Positions 1 through 32,903 of a stretch of 64,000 bases of DNA are shown piece by piece; within the stretch, counting starts at the first letter, position 1; every line of letters begins with the position of its first letter. The notes below the pieces were generated by a model, which saw only the letters and a list, made by a program, of their open reading frames with translations, did no database searches and was not told where the DNA came from. The stretch covers positions 166,966,001 to 167,030,000 of the forward strand of contig OZ024741.1 of NCBI GenBank assembly GCA_964016885.1, written 5' to 3'. Source of the DNA: Eledone cirrhosa. Taxonomy: Eukaryota. The position numbers and the translations under genes are program-made.

Positions 1-73
1 GAACCACAACTATTATAAACACCCTGCATATTTCTATAGGTACCTAGTGCCTGTTGAAGTATTCACACACTTT

Positions 74-442
<369 letters not shown>

Positions 443-886
443 CTTAAGATCGATACTCTGTCCGATACCATATACGTGATACCTTATACTACCCACGTCA
501 TGGAATGCTTCCACCTGATCAGACTACAGTTGGTCGAATGGTTGGATCAACCAACAGTGGTTATCGAAATAAATAAAATCTGTCCTCACTTTAAAAATCT
601 TCAAGCACCGGCGTCGCTTGATATGAAACATTTTTTTGCGATTCATGGTATTGCTGGTCACAGGCAAGTCATACATACATTGTCAGACACAAATCTATGT
701 ATAAATAAGAGTACACCTCATAGGATTTAAGTGTGTTAAATACTAATTCAAATGTAACGTCGAAATAATTTACAATAGTAAGATTAATGGTAACAGTGGT
801 TTTAAGCCCTGGATCGCGCGCACGTAAAAAAGCGATCATAACCAAGTGATTGCATGATAAAGGGAGGTAACTAAGTAATCACTTAC

Positions 887-17605
<16,719 letters not shown>

Positions 17606-17811
17606 CTAAACAATTGAAGGATAGAAAAAATGAAAGAGAGGAAATATGAGAATTCATTAGACATTGATCACAGCAATAAATATATTTTATTTTTACCATA
17701 TAAGGATAGGGAAAAACAAAATAATTATTTTCAATATTAACTGGAATTCGAGAAAAAATAAATACAAATGCAAATGCTTACACTCCCTAAAGCACAACTG
17801 TATATATATAT

Positions 17812-18422
<611 letters not shown>

Positions 18423-18453
18423 AAGAATCAAAGAACTGTTCAAAACATTATTG

Positions 18454-18500
18454 TGCTTACAGCTGCTTCCTCCAAACTGAGGTTTGGATTCTTCGGAGCA
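18454..18500 (-). ncRNA. Degenerate type I hammerhead ribozyme
   Basis: TGCT-CCGAAGA-A-TCCAAAC(CTCA)GTTTGGA-G-GAAG-CAGCTG-TA-AGCA; all three stems pair, two core substitutions. Confidence 0.55.
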
Positions 18501-18538
18501 ATTTATTAATGAATGGACAGTTATATGACCTCAATTAA

Positions 18539-18917
<379 letters not shown>

Positions 18918-18950
18918 ATAATACACACACGCACACACACACGCACACAC

Positions 18951-18993
<43 letters not shown>

Positions 18994-18994
18994 C

Positions 18995-19068
<74 letters not shown>

Positions 19069-19750
19069 ACACATATATATATATGGGGAGGGGGAATACA
19101 GCAACATATAGATGGGCATTGGTGAACTTGTCTATGGTTCCCGACCCTCAGCAAGGAGGAAGGGAAGAGACCTAATATGTGTGTGCCTGTGTGATTGTGT
19201 GTGTTAGTTTGTGCGTGTGTGTGTGCGTGCATGCCTTTGTACATGGGAGTGTGTGTGTGTGTGTGTGAATGCGTCTAACTTATACATTTCTGAAAAAATT
19301 CTGATATGAACTACTTTTTGCAGAATATGTTTACAGATGAGAAAGTTTAGTAAAGGATCAAAAGCCCCTAGGATGAACTGAACAGATTGATAAGAAATAT
19401 TGATTGGGTAAAAACTGGTAATTGGCACAGGAAAGGGGAGAATTTGGTTACAGGTATATATACATGTAGTTGTAGTGTGTATGATGTACTTGTATATATG
19501 TACGTAACTAACTCCCGAGAGAGTCTTAGGGGTGTGTCTTGGACATTTTAACCCTGGCGGAACATATTCACCTCCAGATCTGAACAGCTGATTTCTTCTT
19601 CTTCTTAGAGAGAGAGAGATAGATAGATAGATAGATAGAGAGAAAGAGAAAGAGAGAGTGAGAGCGAGAGAGAGAGAGAGAAGAGAAGATATACAGAACA
19701 GACAGAATCGACCCCAGTACTGGGCTGGTTCATTATTTATTGACCTTGTA

Positions 19751-20296
19751 GGGCGGTGGATTAGCAGTATCGGTAGAGGGTCGGAGGCCATGCTTTGCAA
19801 CATAGAGTTACGGCCCTTTATTATATGAATTAAAATCCTGCAGATGTTAACTTTGCCTTTCATCCTTAAGGGGTCGATAAAATAAAGTACCAGTCACGCA
19901 CTGGGGTCGATTTAATCGACTTTCCACTCCCCCAAAATTGCTGGTCTTGTGTTTATATAAGAAACCATTATTTATTGACCGGCGGTGGATTGGCAGTAAC
20001 GGTAGAGGGTCGGACGCCATGCTTTCCAGCATAGTTACGTCCCTTTACGATCTGAGTTCAAATCCCGCCGAGGTTGACTTTGCCTTTCATCCTTACAGGG
20101 TCGATAAAATAAAGTACCAGTAATGTACTGGCTAATTGCTGGCCTTGTGCCTAAAGTCTAAACAATTATTTATTGACCTTGAAAGCATGAAAGTCAAAGT
20201 TGACCTCGACGTGATTTGAACTCACAGTATAGAGAACCAGAATGATTACCACTAAGCAGTCTAATCGACGTTATAAAGATTCTGCCAATTGGCCGC
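19751..20296. mobile_element. Cluster of SINE family A copies (two +, one older -)
   Basis: Heads at ~19751 and ~19981; diverged minus copy 20170-20296. Confidence 0.82.
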
Positions 20297-20871
20297 TTAC
20301 ATGATTAACTTACACATATCATATCATTTGTGTATTGGTATATAATTTATGTATTGGTTACTGATAGATACTAAGTTTGTATGTGTGTATGTTGGTGCGT
20401 CAATGTGTGTGTGTGTATGCATATATGTGTATACGCGTGTGCATATGTGTGTATTTGTGGCTGTGTGTGTGTGTGTGTTTGTGTTTATATATGAGCGTGT
20501 AACTATGTGTGTATGCATGTCTCTATATGAGTATGTATGTGTATGTGTGTATATATGTTTATATGTGTGTATGTGTGTATGTGTGTGTGTTTGTGTTTAT
20601 ATATGAGCGTGTAACTATGTGTGTATGCATGTCTCTATATGAGTATGTATATGTATGTGTGTATATATGTTTATATGTGTGTATGTGTGTGTACACTTGC
20701 TTCTATCAAATAACTTGAAACATTTCTTGGTTTAGTAATTATGGTTTCGCTTTAAACATTGGAATCTAGTATTACATCGGAAATGTCAAGATGACTTTAT
20801 CATATATATATATATCCTCCAAAATTTAAAAATATATGTATATAGTCATATATCATTAGAGAAGCACTGTT

Positions 20872-21539
20872 TATTCCAGAAAATATCATATATTTTCATT
20901 CGCTCTAGCAGTTGGCAGGTAAACAGTATACGGTACTGATGAAGGGTAATCACCCAGAAACATTAGTGTCTGCCGTTCTGTTTGTATGCCAACACAAGAG
21001 CAAGAATGACGAGGTCATTCTACTGATATGGCTTAAGAGGCTGTTTGCATAATTGAAAACGAATCGAATATTATTAATATTCGAAAAACTCAAATTTGCA
21101 TTTCTTGTATTCAGCCATGTAGAGCGATAAAACTATTTACTAATTATTTGAGTATGTCCATTAATCGCTCGTATACAGAAAACTGACTGGCCTATCTGCT
21201 AATATGAAGATCAGACTGATCAGGCAGTCTGTTAATATATAAATCAGGCCGATCAGTCATTGTATATTCCAGAAAATATCATATATTTTCACTACCTCTG
21301 ACAGTTTTGCAGGTAAATAGTATACGGTACTAATGAAGAGCAATCACCCAGAAACATTAGTGTTTGCCGTTCTGTTTGTATGCCAACACAAGAGCAATAA
21401 TGGTGGAGTCATTCTACTGACAAGGCTTAAGAGGCTGTTTGTATAATTGCAAACGAAGCGAATGAATCGATTATTATTATTAATCTTCGAAAAACACAGA
21501 TTTGCATTTCTTGTATTCAGCCATGTAGAGCGATAAAAC
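20872..21539 (+). mobile_element. Tandem direct repeat (393-bp period), each unit with a hammerhead; pLTR / non-LTR retrozyme-like
   Basis: Copies 20872-21133 and 21265-21539; homologous inverted copy at 32441-32850. Confidence 0.72.
20930..20976 (+). ncRNA. Type I hammerhead ribozyme
   Basis: ACGGTA-CTGATGA-A-GGGT(AATC)ACCC-A-GAAA-CA(TTAG)TG-TC-TGCCGT; GTC cleavage triplet; 6-bp stem I. Confidence 0.75.
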
Positions 21540-21756
21540 GGTCTTTTGTCTTTGCGTGAAATTGTTCTCTACGATCCACATAACGACGTATTATCCTCGT
21601 TTTTTTTTCGTTCATTGCCAGGGAACGTCTTACTGTTTTCCTTCAGCTGCAACGTTTTTCGAAATATTTACTTCTGCGTCCACAGATTCACTTTTTTAGT
21701 TTCAGAAGATCCTGTTAAGGGTGAAAGCAGCGATCCTTTGCTTAAACTTTAAAATG

Positions 21757-21834
<78 letters not shown>

Positions 21835-21848
21835 ATATATATATATAT

Positions 21849-22045
21849 ATACAATATGTTGAAAAGGTAACACACCAGAGAGAGATATACAGTGCGCTAT
21901 CAATTTGATAGCGCACTGTATATCTCTCTCTGGTGTGTTACCTTTTCAACATATTGTATTTTAAAGAGCTCAGGATTTCTTCTCCTTTGAGCACATTATT
22001 TACAGGGAATGGCGAGGGCCTATGGCTCCGTTAATTTATCGTGAT
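21849..22045. mobile_element. Fold-back insert: perfect 55-bp arms (21849-21959) plus tail, between (TA)n tracts
   Basis: ATACAATATGTTGAAAAGG..GCGCTATCAA-T-TTGATAGCGC..CCTTTTCAACATATTGTAT with no mismatches. Confidence 0.8.
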
Positions 22046-22058
22046 ATATATATATATA

Positions 22059-22797
22059 TTTCGTTTCTGAATTTGTTTAGCAAAATTCTTTATCTGAAAA
22101 CGTGTGTTGAAACCGATATTGTGAGACTTTGAGCGGGTCATATTGCCAATAAGAAACACACGCACCAGTTGTTTCACTCCAATTTATTATAAATTAAATT
22201 TATAAATTTAAGAATTTATAAATTTCCGGTTGGTTGGTTGGTTCCACAATCGGAGGGTTGTTCATATATTGTCAAAGTTCTTTCGTCACACATTCTGTGA
22301 CCTCTTCAGTGACTGGGGATTCTTCTCTTTGTTTTGTGCCTCTCCTTTGTTCTGTCCCACGCCATCTTGTTTTTGTGTGTGTTGTGTGCTTAGTTTGCGC
22401 ATGTGCTTAATTGTAAGTTGTGATGTTGCTATTCCATTCATATTTTCTATTTAATTTTGGTTGGAGTTCATTTATGTTTATTGCCTCTGTGATTTGTCTA
22501 AACATTGTGTCTTTTCTGTGTGTAGATATTATTTTTATTTCTATGTTCTCTAATTTGCCCTTATGTTCTATTTTAGCATGTTGGTGGAGTACTGATGAAT
22601 CTTTTTTATCTTGAAGAGGTCACAGAATGTGTGACGAAAGAACTTTGACAATATATGAACAACCGTCCGGTTGTGGAACCAACCAACGAACCGGAAATTT
22701 ATAAATTCTTAAATTTATAATTTTAATTTATAATAAATTGGAGTGAAAGCAACTGGTGCGTGTGTTTCTTATTGGCAACATGACCCTCCCAAAGTAT
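22059..22797 (-). mobile_element. Penelope-like pLTR with inverted partial copy (arms ~22127-22307 / 22612-22795)
   Basis: ~180-bp inverted arms containing a hammerhead and AATAAA; flanked by TA tracts; second copy at 39164-39720, relative at 38697-39075. Confidence 0.75.
22271..22313 (-). ncRNA. Minimal type I hammerhead ribozyme
   Basis: GTCA-CTGAAGA-G-GTCACA(GAATG)TGTGAC-GAAA-G(AA)C-TT-TGAC. Confidence 0.72.
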
Positions 22798-22811
22798 ATC
22801 AATATATATAT

Positions 22812-22886
<75 letters not shown>

Positions 22887-23359
22887 CATACGTACATATG
22901 TGTATAAAATTGATTAATTATTTTATTATTAAGTTGGTATTTGTAAAATAACAAAAGGATCTAACCTAAACTATAATAAAGTAAGGAGCGCGGGACTGCG
23001 TACGGTTTATAATTTTTTAATCTCATTAGTAAAATAAGTTGGATTACTTTGAATAAATAATGAATGAATATTACATAATTTATCTACTAAATTTCGTGGC
23101 TGTTGATTAAATATATTTTGTTTATTTAAAGATTCACTTCTTTAAAATTTCTGAAATGTCAACACTTCCGGTTGGCCATCGCTTAAATAAACATACTAAT
23201 TTTCTGTCTCCTTATGCAGTTTATATATAATTACGTCTTTTTTAATGTATCATGGATTACGTTACTGATTAAATAAGACAGTGTAACGCAGTCTTCGTTC
23301 AATTTCTATGTATTATATATTGTCAATTACGATTTTATTTGATGTATGATATCTACATG

Positions 23360-23391
<32 letters not shown>

Positions 23392-23918
23392 CCTGCATAT
23401 GATATCAATATACACACTACACATGTTAGCAGAAAACCACCCGGAGGGTGATTTTTCTGCTAGTGTCAAATAATGTTGGAGAGTTTTAATTTAAATAGGA
23501 TCCTTTCAAGATAGGTGGCCTCAGTTCATAGAACCAGTGGCAGTTTTTTTAATTAATTTTTTTTTTTTGAGCAGTGTTTACCAAAAGTGTTAACAGGACC
23601 AGTGGTTTGTTTTCTTCTCAGATTAGAAATTAGTCTTTTTCTGAACAGTTGCTGAGCTTCTAAAAGACACCAGAGTAGCATACATTAATTCTTAACGTCC
23701 TGTACTGCATTGAACTGCATTTGTAAGACATTCTTAAAAAGTATAAAATAGCACTATAACTGCATCATATTAAACATTAATGTATTTCTCTGATACCGCA
23801 GATTTTCACAACGATCTTTTCTTTTGTAAAGACATTAGAAATATTTGAATTAACAAAAGTTATTTTTAAAGATATTCTTTACTAAATCATTACATTTAAG
23901 TGTTAAATTACATATTAC

Positions 23919-24605
23919 ATAGATTTGTGTACACACACAAACAGTCTTAAAAGGTCTGTTCTATCATCAGCTAGCCCACCTCTATATCTAGGAGGGTTTT
24001 AAGGAATGTATTCTACCTTCAACCAACCCCAAATCATAGATTTGTGTACTCAAACAGTCTTAAAAGGTCAGTTCTAGCTTCAGTTCTCCCACCTTTATAT
24101 CTAGGAGGGTTTTAAGGGATGTATTCTACCTTCAACCAACCCCAAATCATAGATTTGTGTACACAAACAGTCTTAAAAGGTCTGTTCTAGCTTCAGTTCG
24201 CCCACCTTTTTATCTAGGAGGGTTTTAAGGGATGTATTCTACCTTCAACCAACCCCAAATCATAGATTTGTGTACACAAACAGTCTTAAAAGGTCTGTTC
24301 TAGCTTCAGTTCGCCCACCTTTTTATCTAGGAGGGTTTTGAGGGATGTATTCTACCTTCAACCAACCCCAAATCATAGATTTGTGTACACAAACAGTCTT
24401 AAAAGGTCTGTTCTAGCTTCAGTTCGCCCACCTTTTTATCTAGGAGGGTTTTAAGGGATGTATTCTACCTTCAACCAACCCCAAATCATAGATTTGTGTA
24501 CACAAACAGTCTTAAAAGGTCTGTTCTAGCTTCAGTTCGCCCACCTTTTTATCTAGGGGGGTTTTAAGGGATATATTCTACCCCAAATCATAGATTTGTG
24601 TACAC
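23919..24605. repeat. 113-bp tandem repeat, ~6 copies, with decayed units to ~24870
   Basis: AAATCATAGATTTGTGTAC at 24031, 24144, 24257, 24370 and 24483. Confidence 0.95.
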
Positions 24606-24994
24606 ACACAAACATTCAAGGCCAGCTAAGTGAATGGAAAATAATCTGTTCTCATCGATACACAGACCTGATGTGTCCTTCCTCTGTCTATTTTATAGAG
24701 TCTAAAACGGTCTGTTCTGTCTTCAGCTCAACCACCTTTATATCTGGGAGGGTTTTAAGGGATTTATTCTACCTTCAACCCACCCAAACTCACGTTTGGG
24801 ACGGTCTGAAGAGATCTATTTCACAATGAGTAGCCCACCTCCATGTTTGGGAGATTCTGTTCCATCTAGACCACTCCCAAGTGTCTGAGAAGGTCTGGAA
24901 GTGTCTGTTCAACGTCACATCTTTCTCGACTAAATTACGGATCTATTTAAGAAATTAAACCACATCTGGAGAAGATAAAGATATTGGCAAATAA

Positions 24995-27010
<2,016 letters not shown>

Positions 27011-27219
27011 CAAAGGCATGCACATACACTTAGGCCCATCAAAACACAAGCCTTCAACTAATCAGACATGCCCCATTCGACATAAGTATATGCACGTACG
27101 TATAGGTGGTACACGCAGGGATATAAACACACACATGTACAGGGAGACAGTCACACATGTTTTTATATACATATACAAACAGAGAAAGATAGACACTCAA
27201 ACACACACATACAAACAAA

Positions 27220-27263
<44 letters not shown>

Positions 27264-27266
<3 letters not shown>

Positions 27267-27471
27267 CGAAGGAAATGTGGTAAGGAACCAGGTGGGACCA
27301 TAACGCACCAAAGTACTCAATACTTAGGGTAGTAGAGTGGGTAATAGGAACGAGTAGGACCTCGACGGCTGAGCTCAAGCCGTTTCGACGGCTAATTCTG
27401 GACTAAAATCATTTTAGTCCAGAATTAGCCGTCGAAACGGCTTGAGCTCAGCCGTCGGGGTCCTACTCGTT

Positions 27472-27476
<5 letters not shown>
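27264..27476 (-). mobile_element. Second copy of the 17812 fold-back family, opposite orientation, in (TA)n
   Basis: Palindrome 27344-27476 centred at 27410; same tail and same outer breakpoint. Confidence 0.8.
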
Positions 27477-27513
<37 letters not shown>

Positions 27514-27691
27514 GCCATAGACAGACGTAAGCAGAGACCTTCCTCCACAGATATATAAACAGACAGGCGTTCTCAGACTTCCCACCACACACATAAATAC
27601 ACAATGTCAGTGTATACAGGAAGAAAGTAAATTTGCAACCGTTTCTTCCTGGTTATATTATACACAACCACACACATATATATGTATATAG

Positions 27692-27757
<66 letters not shown>

Positions 27758-28326
27758 GTTATAAATATGCATATATACATAGATACACACATATATATAT
27801 ATAAAGATTTATACATATACATGTATAAAGATTTATGCATATATATATGTGTGTGTGTGTGTGTATATGTATATGTGTATATATATACATATATATACAC
27901 ATATACATACACACACACACATATGTATATATATATACATATATATATACATATATTGAGTGTGGGAGATGTTTGGTTTGAAGCCAAGAGATAATAGTGA
28001 TGATGCGACATGAAGAAAATGCGTATAAGTCTATGTATGTGGCTGTTATACGCTGGTGTGTACATGTGCATATACACGTCTAGGAATGCATGTGGGTATG
28101 TTTGTGTGTATTTGTGTGTGTATGTGTGTATTTGTATATGTGTATATGTGTATATGTGTTTGTGTGTGTAGGCGTGTGTTTGTTTGTTATTCTGTGTGTC
28201 GAAAAAAAAATCGTATTATTAATTCTCGTTGTTTCTCCAGAAAGAATTGTCCTGCAAAACAAATTCTCACGTTGAAATTGTTCTAGAAATTTCTAGGTGT
28301 TGTGCGTATGTGGAGTCTAACGTCTA

Positions 28327-28530
28327 AAGTCTGTCTTAAGCCAGAAGGCTCATTTGGCCGGCGCTTAACCCGGTTTCATGGAGTGAAGCGACTGAGAGTA
28401 CAAGACTCCCCCCTGGACAGGATGCCAGTCCATCGCAGAGTTAAACCTCCAGCTATTGCTGGTACTCATTTTTAGCTGGGTAAACTGGAGCAACATGAAA
28501 TAAAGTGTCTTGCTCAAGGAAACAACACAT
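28327..28530 (-). mobile_element. SINE family B, 5'-truncated
   Basis: Homologous to 18640-18840. Confidence 0.8.
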
Positions 28531-28658
28531 CCCCCGTTCCGAGGCGTTAACATTTTTGAAAGACATAAATTACAATGGGGTTATCTACCTGTTAAGTCTA
28601 TTTATCTCGTAACACACACACACACACACACGCACACGCACACGCACACGCACACGCG

Positions 28659-28731
<73 letters not shown>

Positions 28732-28871
28732 CCACTAACACACTATATTACACATACACACACTATTTCAGAGCACACACACACACATGTATACAAGATT
28801 AGCTAAGTCACACATTCACTTCAGACAGTAGCTTAGCACATTCACTTATTATCTTAGAACATAGGATAATT

Positions 28872-30581
28872 TCATTTATTGGCCACAAGGACCGACATAT
28901 AGGGGACAATACAAAAGACTGGGACAGCGGGGTTTTACAGAAAAATCGAGTAAACAATATGAATAACAATAACAAAGTAATAATAAAAATACAACAAGAA
29001 AAATTCCCCAATAGGGGGGATGACCACCCACGGTTCGCTCAGGTACCTCACCAATCCTGAACGACCCGACGCTTCGCGAGCACCCTGGAAGGGAACTCCT
29101 CTCCTCATCAAATTTACCCACCTACAGCCGCATGACCAGAGTAGGCCCACTCACACGGGCCATTCTCGTCACATTCACCCACCTTTCAGCAAATGTACTG
29201 GGGGCAGCATTTCTCTCTCCACCCCCACCTTTCTTTCCAAGTGAAACTTGAAAAAGTTGATGAGGGATTGGCCGAAGAGAAAAGTGTCTGTCTTCAGTCC
29301 TTTCAACCTCGTCCACCATACAACCTCTTTCGCTACTGCCACCAGACAGAGGAAAATTGCCTGCCCTTCATGGCCAAAAGAAGGCGGCGGGCCGATCTTC
29401 ACTATGGACTCGGCCGATAGCCGGATCCGTTCTACACGCGACAATAGCTGTTCGACATAACTCCACAAGTCAGTAATGCACGGACACTGGACGAGTGCGT
29501 GCAAAACGGTTTCGTCGCTCTGCGAGCATCTCGGGCAGGTCTGTCTGACAGAACTTCCGTGCCTGTAGAGCTTATCTCGAACCGGCAGTGCCCCCCGGTA
29601 GCACTGCCAAGCGAGGGATTTTTGGAAATTATCCATCGTCCCCGGCTCGAAAGTCCTCCGGAACAGACTGGTTAGTTCGACTTCGTCGACTCCCAGAGCC
29701 TCTCCGAGTGCGTCGTCGCACTTTCCCACCACTAATCCTCTATAGAACTCGAGAGTGGACGTTCCACTGACCGCATTGCCCGCCTGGTAGAGGGCAGTGA
29801 GTGCCTGGCAACATTCCAGATGCCAGTCACCCTGTCTCGGTCTCTTCTTGACCCAGGACTGCAGCTCAGTCAAAGAAACGAGCTGCGGAAAGGCCCGTCT
29901 GACAAACGGCGACCACACTTGTTCACCGTTTAGGCAGAATATCTGGAGATGCCGCAGCCTCAGCGCGTATCTGCGCATCATTAGCCACGGCATGCCCAAC
30001 CTTCCACGTAGAAGGTGCTGGCAGCAGATGGACCGCCTCACCAGCGGAACCTGACCCCTCCACAAGATGGCGAGGCGCGAACGAGGGCAAGGGACGACGG
30101 TCAGACGGTAGTAGATGACGGACGCAATGTACGCGTTCGTCACCTCCGCCCGACCTTTCAGTGATAGCTTCCTCCCAGCCCACTTCTGGGTGAAACTGGC
30201 TACCCTGCCCGTCACCTCGTCCCAATTTTTATCCACCTGGAGGTCTGGCCTGAACCAAACCCCGAGCAACTTTACCGGTCCGTCCGTCCAGCGCCTAACG
30301 ACGCTGTTGGACGGCATGGACTTGCCTCTCCAGGTGCCGAGTTGCAAGCCCACCGACTTTTCCGGGTTAAGTTTTGCTCCCGTCAACCTTTCATATTCCT
30401 CCAATAAGTTGCCGACCACCTCGATTTCTGAGGTGTCCGACACCATCACGGTGATGTCGTCCGCATAAGCCGACACAGCCTTTCCGCGTCCCGGTTCGAG
30501 CGGGATGCCCTGCAACAGTTCCAGCTTCCGCAGTAAAGGCTCGAGAGTCAATACGTACAGAAGGGAGGAGAGAGGGCACCC
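28872..30581 (-). mobile_element. 5'-truncated L1/Tx1-clade LINE with 17-bp TSD
   Basis: TSD TAGAACATAGGATAATT at 28855-28871 and 30582-30598; begins at GCPLSSLLYVLTLEPL, has AYADD, LNPEKS, VKLLGVWF and the zinc knuckle CPRC..ETVLHALVQC; 3' end AATAAATGAA. Confidence 0.93.
29175..30551 (-). pseudogene. L1/Tx1 ORF2 C-terminal half (RT palm/thumb + CCHC), open for 458 aa
   Basis: ORF track; probable frameshift near the C-terminus (alternative frame ..FAERWVNVTRM..). Confidence 0.88.
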
Positions 30582-30624
30582 TAGAACATAGGATAATTAA
30601 TGAATTTGCTAAGCTTCTGTCTGA

Positions 30625-30802
30625 ATGGCAGTATCGGAAGAGGGTCAGACGCCATGCTTTGTAACATAGAGTTACGTCTCTTTATGGAATGACTTCAAAT
30701 CCCACGGAGGTTAACTTTGCCTTTCATCCTTACGGGGTCGATAAAATAAAGTACCAGTAATGTACTGGTACTTTTTTGTGTGCCAAAAGTAGAAACAATT
30801 AT
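30625..30802 (+). mobile_element. SINE family A
   Basis: TGGCAGTATCGG, core and tail; TTATCTTAGAACATA at 30803-30817 repeats 28849-28863. Confidence 0.85.
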
Positions 30803-31495
30803 TTATCTTAGAACATATACACATACATACTAGAATAATTAAATCACACAGACTTCACACAGTAGATTAATACTCACACATACACACTCACACACACACT
30901 ATCTCAAAGCATATACCAAAACTATCTGAGTATATACACATACATACTAGATTAACTAACACACATACACTAAACACAGTAGTTTAGCATATACAAACAC
31001 TATCTCAGAACACATATACATACGTACGAGATGAGCTATATGAAGTATATATGAAGTATACACTATCAGAGAACACATATACAGAGACGCTATCAGAGGA
31101 TACACACATACATACTAATTCTGCGAATTACCAAAGTCGTTAGAGCGTCGGATTAAATGCGCTCTGAGCTCATAGCCTGCCGAGGTCAACTTTGCCTTTC
31201 ATCTTCTCGAAATCAATAGATAAAGTACCAGTTAAATACTGTGGCCGTTCTCTCCCCCTCTCTGTGATAAATCAGCTGTGTTCAGTACGGGAGAAGGATG
31301 GGCTCCACTAGGTTTTAAATGCCCAAGACACTCCATGTTTTAGGACGGCGTCTCTACAGCTCCATCAGGATTTAAGAGATCCCTCTCTTACATACATATT
31401 AGACTTTCTAAGTCATACATACACTACACATGGTAGTTTAGTACATATCCGTTAGCTCTAAGTAGTCGTGATAGCGTGCAGGGCAAACGGGGATA

Positions 31496-31593
31496 TTAAG
31501 CCTCAGGGGGCATTAAGCTCCACCACACTACAAATGCATTATATTCATAATGCATTTGTAGTGTGGTGGGGCTTAATTCCCCCTGGGGCTTAA
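31496..31593. repeat. ~98-bp imperfect palindrome (MITE-like hairpin), TTAA at both ends
   Basis: TTAAGCCTCAGGGGG..CCACCACACTACAAATGCATTAT-ATTC-ATAATGCATTTGTAGTGTGGTGG..CCCCTGGGGCTTAA. Confidence 0.8.
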
Positions 31594-32127
31594 CGCTCTC
31601 GTTTGCGCTATAGAGGACTGAACCACTACTTAACTGGTCGGCAGTCCTTGACATACCACAGTGCAGCATGTATCTATTGCTAAGACACTTTACTATCAAT
31701 GGCTCAGTCTACCAAGCTGCAATCAGCTTCCATAGTTTCTCGATTTAGAAATTTTGCAGTGTTGAATACAAATCCTCCTACAGAGAATCTACCTGCGGTA
31801 GATCAACGTTTGACCTTGAGGTCATTTGACACACTTCTACCTGGTACTAAGAAAACTGGAAATAATAACCTGCTGTTTCGATCTTTGCAGAAACCAGACC
31901 GAAACTAATGGAAAGTCTTAAAAAACTGACAAATATTAGCAAACTTTATCATATGGATACACATGCCCGTGTTAAGCTGGTAATGGACCTGAACCAAAAG
32001 CAAAATAAATGGCCTCAAAGCTTGTAATATGACTGGGTCAGGTTTAAAATATTGCCCCGATACAAACCGGTAATAGCCTTGGGTCAGATGTGAAATGTAG
32101 GGTCCCAAATTAATTATTAAGTATTTT

Positions 32128-32313
32128 AATAATTGTTTCTACTTTAGGCACAAGGCCAGCAATTACCCAGTGCATTAATGGTACTTTATTTTATCGACCC
32201 CGTAAGGATGAAAGGCAAAGTCAACCTCGGCGGGATTTGAACTCAGATCGTAAAGGGACGTAACTATGCTGGAAATCATGGCGTCCGACCCTCTACCGAT
32301 ACTGCCAATCCAC
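32128..32313 (-). mobile_element. SINE family A
   Basis: A/B boxes, core and tail. Confidence 0.88.
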
Positions 32314-32368
32314 AGTACTAGATACATTTGATTTCGATATGGGTTGCGAAGATTTATGTATGGGCTGC

Positions 32369-32440
<72 letters not shown>

Positions 32441-32443
<3 letters not shown>

Positions 32444-32848
32444 AACTTTCGTTCTACATGGCTGAATACAAATGAATATCAATGTAATCTGAGTTTTTTG
32501 AATATTAATAATAATATTCGATTCGTTTGCAATTATGCAAACAAGCCTCATTTTAAAAGCCATGTCAGTAGAATAAACCCCTCATTCTTGCACTTGTGTT
32601 GGCATGTAAACAGAACTGCAGACACTAATGTTTCTGGGTACTACCTTTCATCAGTACAGTTCACTGTTCACCTGTCAACTGTCACAGCTAGTGAAAATAT
32701 ATGATATTTTCTAAAATATACAGAGTCTGGTTGGCCTGATTTGCATATTAGCAGACTCTACTGACATGGCTTTAAAAATGAGGCTTGTTTGCATAATTGC
32801 AAACGAATCGAATATTATTATTAATATTCGAAAAACTCAGATTATATT

Positions 32849-32850
<2 letters not shown>
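32441..32850 (-). mobile_element. Penelope-like pLTR with inverted partial copy (arms 32481-32572 / 32757-32848)
   Basis: Homologous to the 20872-21133 unit; hammerhead lies between the arms; ends in (TA)n. Confidence 0.75.
32615..32660 (-). ncRNA. Type I hammerhead ribozyme (homolog of 20930)
   Basis: ACTGTA-CTGATGA-AA-GGT(AGT)ACC-CA-GAAA-CA(TTAG)TG-TC-TGCAGT; stem I shows a compensatory G-C to T-A change relative to 20930. Confidence 0.75.
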
Positions 32851-32903
<53 letters not shown>

